A DNA stretch of 64,000 bases from IMG/VR virus record IMGVR_UViG_3300042367_000228, positions 308,017 through 372,016 of that record. One strand, 5' to 3'. The notes below the pieces were generated by a model. The model was not told where the DNA came from. It saw nothing but the letters and a program-made list of their open reading frames with translations, and ran no database searches. Made by a program: the position numbers and the translations under genes. Positions 57,444-64,000 of the stretch are shown here, one piece after another (the first letter of the stretch is position 1; each line of letters begins with the position of its first letter).

Positions 57444-57722
57444 ATGTCAAATTCTCGTATAGCAACATTAAACTCATTCGTAGCAGCCACTAAAGCAACT
57501 GCTATTACCGTCCCATACACTATGTCAACATTCTATCGTCCATGTCCGGGATATGAACTAATCCTAACTGATGGATGGTATAGCTACTTTGCAGACGATA
57601 TTGAAGTAACGAGTGCAGGTGTTATATTTTACCACGACCTCGAAGGCAACTTACACGAAGCAGAGTGGGGCGATGGCGAGGAGTATAGCATACACTGTGA
57701 ACTTGAAGTAGCAACCGCATAA
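57444..57722 (+). CDS. hypothetical protein
   Basis: promoter cassette; terminator follows. Confidence 0.65.
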   Translation: MSNSRIATLNSFVAATKATAITVPYTMSTFYRPCPGYELILTDGWYSYFADDIEVTSAGVIFYHDLEGNLHEAEWGDGEEYSIHCELEVATA

Positions 57723-57734
57723 CTCATAACACGG

Positions 57735-57760
57735 CGAGCACCTAGCGTGCTCGTTTTTTT
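57735..57760 (+). terminator. intrinsic terminator
   Basis: CGAGCAC/GTGCTCG stem + T7. Confidence 0.8.
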
Positions 57761-57761
57761 G

Positions 57762-57870
57762 GTCGTCCCTGAACCGGAATGCCGGTCCTATGAGCTACCA
57801 CCATTTTGGTTTTATTTATCATCGATATATCGGTCCTAGGATATAATCGGCATTCCGGTTCAGGGACGAC
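57762..57870. repeat. 23-bp perfect inverted repeat element containing CGGCATTCCGG
   Basis: 57762-57784 and 57848-57870 are exact reverse complements. Confidence 0.85.
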
Positions 57871-57978
57871 ACGGGGCGCGGAACTGCGATAAAATTACCA
57901 CTTTACAACCAATACGCAGTTTGCTATAATATGTGCAAGTTAGCAATAGTGCTAACTTATAACTATAGCGTGTATATT

Positions 57979-58173
57979 ATGCAAAAACAACTATATATCC
58001 CAAGTGCCGCACGTATTGCTTACATTAACACGCTTACACGCCGTTTGCGTACACAAGCCAAAAACTCTAAATCGTTTCTCGAAACAAACAATGCAATCAA
58101 CAAGTTCTATGTAGAGGAACTTGAAGCTGCGGACGCAGTAGCGCGTGGCGAATATGTAGAACACGCAGGATAA
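57979..58173 (+). CDS. hypothetical protein
   Basis: promoter + hairpin leader. Confidence 0.6.
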   Translation: MQKQLYIPSAARIAYINTLTRRLRTQAKNSKSFLETNNAINKFYVEELEAADAVARGEYVEHAG

Positions 58174-58272
58174 AAACTGCTTGCTAACTTGTACATAGTT
58201 TGCTATAATATGTGCAAGTTAGCAATGTTGCTAACTGTTACAAAACTTTATATAACTTTCGGAGCGTATCGT

Positions 58273-58677
58273 ATGTCAAAATTACTAAAAAACACTGTTA
58301 ACGCAATTAACGCAATAGTAAACAGCAAAACCGAGGAGTTCAAGCTTCCAGCTTATGTGGTGCTTGCTGATGTTAAACGACGCAACGCGGAAAACGAATG
58401 CTTGTACAACGAACAGCAGTTACTTGCTGGGGAAGCGTTGTTAGCAGGTATTGAGGATGTGTACTTATGCAGTAGAGTTTTTTTGAACTACAGACAACGC
58501 TTTATTGCAGTTAAAGTCAACGCACCGAGCTTTAAGGACAAAGTAAGTTTACGCGCTGCGAAACTAGATGCGTGGTGCGATGCAAACGGCATTGTTAAGG
58601 AGTATACGAGACACGGACACATTGTATACAGAGCTAACACGGACGCACTGGATAACATAAGCACAGTGGCTGCATAG
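58273..58677 (+). CDS. hypothetical protein
   Basis: promoter + hairpin leader; GGAGCG RBS. Confidence 0.65.
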   Translation: MSKLLKNTVNAINAIVNSKTEEFKLPAYVVLADVKRRNAENECLYNEQQLLAGEALLAGIEDVYLCSRVFLNYRQRFIAVKVNAPSFKDKVSLRAAKLDAWCDANGIVKEYTRHGHIVYRANTDALDNISTVAA

Positions 58678-58942
58678 GCCCCGCTGTACATATACACACG
58701 CGCAGGCTACACGGTAAACAAAGTGCTTGCAATGCGCGTGTGTATAGCGTATAATATGTTTTTACATTAAAGCAAAACGGAGCGCAAATGCAATACAATA
58801 ACACTTACCCACAACGCCCATATTGCACTACGTGCGGGGACTTAGAGGTACTATACAACATGGAAACAGATGAGCTTGAACCATGTTGGGATTGTGAGCA
58901 AACTGAATCAAATGACTTTAACGATAAAGCGGAGCGTGTATA

Positions 58943-59209
58943 ATGGCAACAGGTATCATGAACAACGAAGTTAAACAAAAACAAGCAGCCGAACTAGCTC
59001 AACGCGTAGCAATGTTCTTAGCAACCGGCGGCGCAATTAAAACGACTAAAACGGGACGCAGAGGACGCACAACTGTTTCACAAGTCCACACTCCCCGAGT
59101 TGTGGTAGTAGAGAAACAACGATACACATGGGACGAGGCTACACAGGATTTGGCATCAATGGGCTTGTTGGACAAACAGGTAAAAGCTGCTATCAAAGCA
59201 CGCCGATAG
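58943..59209 (+). CDS. hypothetical protein
   Basis: GGAGCG RBS; A.FLA.GG.I motif. Confidence 0.65.
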   Translation: MATGIMNNEVKQKQAAELAQRVAMFLATGGAIKTTKTGRRGRTTVSQVHTPRVVVVEKQRYTWDEATQDLASMGLLDKQVKAAIKARR

Positions 59210-59218
59210 GAGAGCAAC

Positions 59219-59584
59219 ATGACTATACAGACGCAGTTGAGAAACCATATTAAGTTTCTAAGTACCTTAAATGAGAACTTAGATGCAATCCACAACTCCA
59301 TACAAGAGAACAATGAAGTGTTCCGGTTAGTATCGAGTGGCTTCCAAAGACTCCCTGCTAAGGATCGCAAGACAGCTTCGAAAGTAATGTTAGATCAAAT
59401 ATCAATACACACTAACTGCCAGCAAATGGATGTAGTCACAATAGTCGAGCAACTCCATTATACAAGTTTAATCGGTACAGTGAGTACAACGGAAAGTGAT
59501 GTGTATGACTTAGTGTACTGCATTGATATTCCAACAATGATCAATCGTATGAAACATCAACACGCCAGTTTAATGACAATGTAG
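59219..59584 (+). CDS. hypothetical protein
   Basis: GGAG RBS; terminator follows. Confidence 0.6.
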   Translation: MTIQTQLRNHIKFLSTLNENLDAIHNSIQENNEVFRLVSSGFQRLPAKDRKTASKVMLDQISIHTNCQQMDVVTIVEQLHYTSLIGTVSTTESDVYDLVYCIDIPTMINRMKHQHASLMTM

Positions 59585-59595
59585 AAACTCCGTTG

Positions 59596-59624
59596 AACGG
59601 GCGCAGTGATGCGCTCGTTTTTTT
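59596..59624 (+). terminator. intrinsic terminator
   Basis: AACGGGCGCA/TGCGCTCGTT stem + T-tract. Confidence 0.8.
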
Positions 59625-59676
59625 GAACAGTATTATAACCGGCATTCCGGATAGACCCCGCTGTATATGTGTGTAC

Positions 59677-59755
59677 CGGCATTCCGGTCCGTGGTTGAAT
59701 CAGTTAATCGGCATTCCGGTCCGTGGTTGAATCAGTTAATCGGCATTCCGGTCCA
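59677..59755 (+). repeat. 32-bp tandem repeat (2 copies + partial)
   Basis: CGGCATTCCGGTCCGTGGTTGAATCAGTTAAT at 59677 and 59709, partial at 59741. Confidence 0.9.
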
Positions 59756-59897
59756 GGGACAATTCCATATGCATCACCGGCATATCGCATACGTGATCAC
59801 ACGGATATAAACTTGTAAAATAAATTTGCATTGTTTGTTGTTTACTGTATAATAAGCATTGTAGCAATATTGCTACGTTAACTTAAAAGTGTATATT

Positions 59898-60248
59898 ATG
59901 CAAACATTAAACACAGCAACAAAAAACGCAATTAACACAACAACAGCTAACACAAGCAAAGTGCCCGGAATGTATCCGAGCAACACGAGTATACTGGCAC
60001 TATTGGCGGACGCTGGGTTTGCCGAAGAGTGGAGCACAACGACACATCCGACGCACGTGGTATTAAAGATAGCAGCGATATACAACGAGCATAAGGCAGC
60101 AGTTGAGGACATTTGGAATAACGATGCTGCAATGGATGCGTGTATAGCGGAAGTTGAGGAGCATGCGGACTTAGTGGACTACATAAACTACACGGCACTG
60201 CAGGACGCAGTGTTTGTGTACGATTGCTTATGCTGCAGCGGACTATAG
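59898..60248 (+). CDS. hypothetical protein
   Basis: promoter + hairpin; SD-less leader. Confidence 0.65.
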   Translation: MQTLNTATKNAINTTTANTSKVPGMYPSNTSILALLADAGFAEEWSTTTHPTHVVLKIAAIYNEHKAAVEDIWNNDAAMDACIAEVEEHADLVDYINYTALQDAVFVYDCLCCSGL

Positions 60249-60309
60249 AGTAACACGAAGCACACGGACGTGCAAACAAACTAACTTAATGATAATTTGG
60301 AGCGTAAAG

Positions 60310-60483
60310 ATGAAAACGGTACAAGAATATACAGCAGTATTGAGCGCAAGACTAATTGATACACGAAGCCGTAGACAAGCCGAACGCACACGGGATGCCA
60401 TACTACGCGAACGCCGCGAGAATAAAGAAACAATGAAGTATGCGGACTTTGTGGCGCTTAGAGCTAGCGCGTTAGTAGACTAA
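60310..60483 (+). CDS. small basic protein
   Basis: GGAGCG RBS. Confidence 0.55.
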   Translation: MKTVQEYTAVLSARLIDTRSRRQAERTRDAILRERRENKETMKYADFVALRASALVD

Positions 60484-60497
60484 TTGGAGAGCGAACA

Positions 60498-60704
60498 ATG
60501 ACTACGCTATTTGTTTTGAAAGTTATGATGTTTATTGGCGCACAGGAAATTGAGAACACATTCATATATCCAACTGAAGCGGAGTGCCAACAACACCGGG
60601 CGATGGAAGTACAGCTACTAGACAGACTGAACGAAACGGTACTAACAGGGTACGCGACACGATGCGATGTGGCAAAGGACAGTGATATGGTTAACACGAA
60701 GTAG
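60498..60704 (+). CDS. hypothetical protein
   Basis: GGAG RBS; Y.T.AEC....C motif. Confidence 0.6.
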   Translation: MTTLFVLKVMMFIGAQEIENTFIYPTEAECQQHRAMEVQLLDRLNETVLTGYATRCDVAKDSDMVNTK

Positions 60705-60717
60705 TGATTTGTGAACT

Positions 60718-60743
60718 AACGGGCACTTCGGTGCTCGTTTTTT
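60718..60743 (+). terminator. intrinsic terminator
   Basis: AACGGGCAC-TTCG-GTGCTCGTT + T-tract. Confidence 0.85.
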
Positions 60744-60962
60744 ATGGCATGTCATTATTCGACATATCGGTCTCGGGACACAATCGATATATCGGTACAG
60801 ACATAGCATCGGCATTCCGGTTTCTCGATATATCGGTCCTTCGGCGGCTGCGGATCCATGGATATAAACTTGTAAAATAAATTTGCATTTTGTTTTTACT
60901 ATGCTATACTATGTGCAAGTTAGCAATAACGCTAACTGTTAACTTAACTATAGTACACTACA

Positions 60963-61148
60963 ATGCAAAATACTAAACAACAACAAGTTACACGTTTTTT
61001 AAACAAACAAGCGCAAGCACACAAACAACAATACAGCACTGCGGCACAAACGGGCTTTATGGATCACGTAGTAACAGCTTTGGAGTTTATGATTGTTGCG
61101 GTTCCGTTTGCTATTGCAATAGTTGGATTTTGCGGTGCATTTAATTAA
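60963..61148 (+). CDS. small membrane protein
   Basis: promoter + hairpin; C-terminal TM helix. Confidence 0.6.
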   Translation: MQNTKQQQVTRFLNKQAQAHKQQYSTAAQTGFMDHVVTALEFMIVAVPFAIAIVGFCGAFN

Positions 61149-61667
61149 TAAAAAACGCTTGCAATTTAAAATAACAAGCGTATAATATAAAGCGTGTTAA
61201 GCAATAACGTTTAACACGCGCTTTTTAACAATTTAACTATAGTGTGTATATTATGCAAACAATAACAGCTACGTGCAAACAAGCACAAAAAAACAGTAAT
61301 AACGCAATGCAACAAGCAATGCTGCAAGTGCTTAATGCTTATGTTGCAACAAACAAAGTAACAGCAACAAAGCAAAAACACGCTAAAAAAGTAACTTACA
61401 CAGCAAATAAAAACTATGTTTTATGCTATGTAACACGCGCTTTTGTTGCAAATATTTGTTTTGCAAGTGCTAACAGTGTAAGTTATACGCTAACACTTGC
61501 GCAAAATGCTAACTTAACGCAAGCAAATATTAACAATGCTTACATTAAGTGTGTAACTAAAAAAACGTTTAACAAGTATGTTAACAAAGTTAAAAACACT
61601 GTAATTAACTAAGCAATAAATAATGCAAGCACTTTTTACAGTGCTTGCATTTTAACACTACAAATAG
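61136..61667. other. GR-free island (no GA, GG, TC, CC)
   Basis: line-by-line inspection of ~530 bp. Confidence 0.9.
61253..61612 (+). CDS. 119-aa protein lacking D, E, G, P and W, inside GR-free island
   Basis: promoter 61159-61186, hairpin leader, stem-loop after stop. Confidence 0.6.
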   Translation: MQTITATCKQAQKNSNNAMQQAMLQVLNAYVATNKVTATKQKHAKKVTYTANKNYVLCYVTRAFVANICFASANSVSYTLTLAQNANLTQANINNAYIKCVTKKTFNKYVNKVKNTVIN

Positions 61668-62789
61668 GAGTAACGACAATGGCAAGACGATCAGACCGAG
61701 CAACTACAGCAAACAAAAAAGCAGTTCGTCGAGTACTAAGACGTAACAAGAAGTAGTAAATAGGCCCCGCTGTAGCATTACATGATATTGAAACGTATGG
61801 CACACATTGACCCCGCTGTACGGATACCTTAACTAACATTTCTATCTACCATACCTAATACACACGCTCCACTTAACCCTGTATGTGCCGCATAACACAT
61901 ATGGGGTTTCCTTTTGATCGATCCATCAAACATAACGGCATTCCGGTCATTGGAGACTCTTGGAGGTTTGGTATTCGATAAACTAACTATACTTGACTAT
62001 TCGAAATGCCATATGCTATAATACCCCGCTGTAACATAGCACGTTTTAGTATATGCGTGTAACACTTACACAATATTAAAACAATATATGTAAAATTTAC
62101 GTTTTAACGCATGTACACAGCACGTTTATACACTAAGCAATACAGCTATAGCACTATACACAATAAAACAGCTTACACGCAAATTTTGCGCTAGTTAGTA
62201 TGGATTGTATGATATTCCATATAGAGGAATCACCATGCTATATCAATACCCCGCTGTAAGGTTACACGGTTAAACACATACTTGCATTTTATACGTTTAC
62301 TTGCTATAATATATTTTTTTAACTTACTTACTATAACAACAATGCTAACACAAAAATTATATATGTATAACATGTCCAGCGCAACCAAATTGCGTGTAAT
62401 GATGACACACGGTGATGCAGCCGCTAGACTAATCACAAAGGTTAAACGAGTTAAAGGATATCAGGCCCCGCTGTAGGATCGTGTGGGCAGGCTAGGATTG
62501 AACAGGCATCTGGTTAGGTGCCTGATACACACAAACTATGCAACCGGAATGCCGATAGCTTTTATTATATCTAAACCGATATGTCGATGAAGGTACAGTG
62601 GAACGGATTGGTAGGTGCATGGATGGTATTAGAATGGAACGATTTGACATCGAATGGTTGACATCGGTACCGGCCGTTATGGTGTATACGATTACGGTAC
62701 GAATTAAGTGTGTGTTTTATTATGCACTGTTTTGGTGCTATAAAACAAAATAAAAAAGTGCAACCCTTTCGAGTTGCACTCATTTGGTG

Positions 62790-62975
62790 CTATCTGTAAA
62801 TTAAAGGCATTGATAACACGCTAATACGTTCGCCATTACGCATTAAAAGAATGCGCCCACCTGTTTTGTCATTGTCTAACACTCGCACAATATTACGCGC
62901 GTCAATGTCTACAATCTCTTGGCACTCATTTGGTGCAATGGTGTCAAATAACCCGTTATTTAATAATACTTTCAT
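62790..62975 (-). CDS. hypothetical protein
   Basis: AAGGA RBS on - strand. Confidence 0.55.
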   Translation of the reverse strand: MKVLLNNGLFDTIAPNECQEIVDIDARNIVRVLDNDKTGGRILLMRNGERISVLSMPLIYR

Positions 62976-63041
62976 GTTTTAAATTCCTTAAATGAGTTAA
63001 AAAAGTGCATCATCTTATTGATGATGCACTATTGTGAAGCG

Positions 63042-63473
63042 TTAGCCGAAAATACCGTCTTTTTCTACAATATCCAAGTCTACCAATTCGCCTTCACTTT
63101 GTGCAATCGCTGATTGACTATGTGAGTTAATGAATGTATTTAGTGCATTCAAGTGATTTTCAGTAAACCCGTTGATTCTTTTTTGTGCATCGCAAATATC
63201 TTTGTATTCGTCATAGTTATTGCGTAAAAATAGTGCCGCTGTCAATTCAGATACAGCACGGTTTAATTGCACCATGAACACTTCAGAATGTGCATGAACA
63301 CCACTTTCTTTCACCTTATTTAAGTGCAACCAACGTGCTTTACAAGTTAAACCGTCGCCCGAAAAACGTGCTTTGTAGCCTAGACGATGATGCAAGCTAA
63401 CACCCACACCTTGCACTACTTTTGCGCCATTGCCGAAAGTGTTTGTTGTTGTTTGTTGTGCAAAATTTGACAT
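63042..63473 (-). CDS. hypothetical protein
   Basis: 143 aa; AGGTG RBS; divergent from GR-free region. Confidence 0.65.
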   Translation of the reverse strand: MSNFAQQTTTNTFGNGAKVVQGVGVSLHHRLGYKARFSGDGLTCKARWLHLNKVKESGVHAHSEVFMVQLNRAVSELTAALFLRNNYDEYKDICDAQKRINGFTENHLNALNTFINSHSQSAIAQSEGELVDLDIVEKDGIFG

Positions 63474-63481
63474 AATATCAC

Positions 63482-64000
63482 CTATTTAAAGTATGTTATG
63501 CGCTTTTTTTGTGCATACTTAATGCACAATAAATGCGCGTTAAAAGTAAAGTAAAAATAAATTGTTAAAAAGCTAACTTAAAAATGCGTTTTTTTATGCG
63601 CTTGTTTTTTTAAGTTGTGCATAGTTTACAGCATATAAAAAAAAAGTAAAATTTAATTGCAATTTATTTTTACAATTTAGCACTAAAAATGCGCATTTTT
63701 AAAAAAAGTGTATAAAAAACAATAACTTATAATTTAAAAATAATTTTATTTAATGCGCATTTTTTGCGCATAATGCGCATTTATAGCGTTTTTAATGCGC
63801 ATTTTTAGTGCTATATATTGCAAGCGCATAGCAAGCGCATAGCAAGCGCATAGCACAGGCCCCGCTGTTAGCGCATAGCAAGCGCATAGCATAGCAAGCG
63901 CATAGCATAGCAAGCGCATAGCATAGCAAGCGCATAGCATAGCAAGCGCATAGCATAGCAAGCGCATAGCATAGCAAGCGCATAGCATAGCAAGCGCATA
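63482..64000. other. GR-free non-coding island broken only by the GGCCCC motif
   Basis: no GA/GG/TC/CC in 63482-63857 and 63864-64000. Confidence 0.9.
63820..64000. repeat. GCAAGCGCATA / 16-bp tandem repeat running off the window end
   Basis: 3 x 11-bp units, then 8 copies at 16-bp period (GCAAGCGCATA-GCATA). Confidence 0.95.

Larger units (their letters stand above)
19629..62311 (+). promoter_or_regulatory. ~45 repeated sigma70 early promoters with conserved leader
   Basis: TTGCAA/TTTACA-16/17-(TG)N-TATAAT/TATACT-ATGTTTTTACTTA..ACAA..GGAGC..ATG, e.g. 19629, 26309, 34459, 34871, 35658, 53335, 61159. Confidence 0.9.
12277..63869 (+). repeat. dispersed polar 12-mer GGCCCCGCTGTA (15 exact, 7 variant copies)
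   Basis: exact at 12277, 13184, 13326, 13584, 14735, 17912, 20841, 23108, 32827, 52832, 54551, 56767, 58677, 61763, 62464; variants at 30657, 33114, 59654, 61809, 62022, 62247, 63858. Confidence 0.9.

Noticed and set aside
59677-59755. Mini-CRISPR
   Set aside because: 32-bp units are directly adjacent with no unique spacers
33157-61260. ORF-track starts such as MFLLTQ, MRLLTSNAERTM, MCKLA, MYIMQ
   Set aside because: ATG falls in the repeated promoter/leader; true starts follow the GGAGC RBS or leader and were reassigned
2889-62783. Other short opposite-strand or overlapping ORFs in the track (e.g. 3695, 4288, 9353, 21434, 24637, 36927, 39503, 53342, 58999, 62571)
   Set aside because: Overlap better-supported genes or repeat-rich spacers and lack RBS or family motifs
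63746-63988. MLCACYA/MRLLCYA repeat ORFs
   Set aside because: Translations of the tandem repeat; no RBS or promoter
1-64000. Complete DGR (RT, template repeat, Avd)
   Set aside because: No RT motifs and no AAC-rich copy of the 22128-22250 region found in this window
1-64000. Stop-codon reassignment
   Set aside because: Recognisable genes are intact under code 11 and TAG, TGA and TAA all end genes at coupled junctions

Overview
AT-rich segment of a large (probably jumbo) dsDNA tailed-phage genome, likely infecting a Gram-negative host; standard genetic code. No capsid, terminase, polymerase, reverse transcriptase or CRISPR array is in the window. About 1-14.5 kb: mixed-orientation accessory genes behind T4-late-like TAAATA promoters (lipase, secreted nuclease, YbaN, AlgH/YqgE, PG-binding protein, HldD-like epimerase, deoxyribonucleotidase, thioesterase, kinase-like, DUF5591/ArcS-like). 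About 15-62 kb: almost entirely + strand early region made of roughly 45 sigma70 promoter+leader+small-ORF cassettes, with 3 tRNAs, a tRNA-like RNA carrying an insertion, two inverted HNH-NUMOD3 genes, GP88, an AAA+ ATPase and an SLT. Main signals: (1) 49 paralogous DUF1566/Lcl C-type-lectin-like mini-genes, 25 in one coupled array, one with a DGR variable-region signature; (2) islands of up to ~530 bp with no 5'-GR-3' dinucleotide on either strand, suggesting avoidance of a G modification; (3) a three-hairpin RNA whose loops are antisense to the GGAGCG RBS of early genes; (4) 22 same-strand copies of (GG)CCCCGCTGT(A); (5) a conserved pseudoknot+leader-peptide module ahead of both HNH genes. 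All family assignments are from motif recognition, not database searches; counts are manual.
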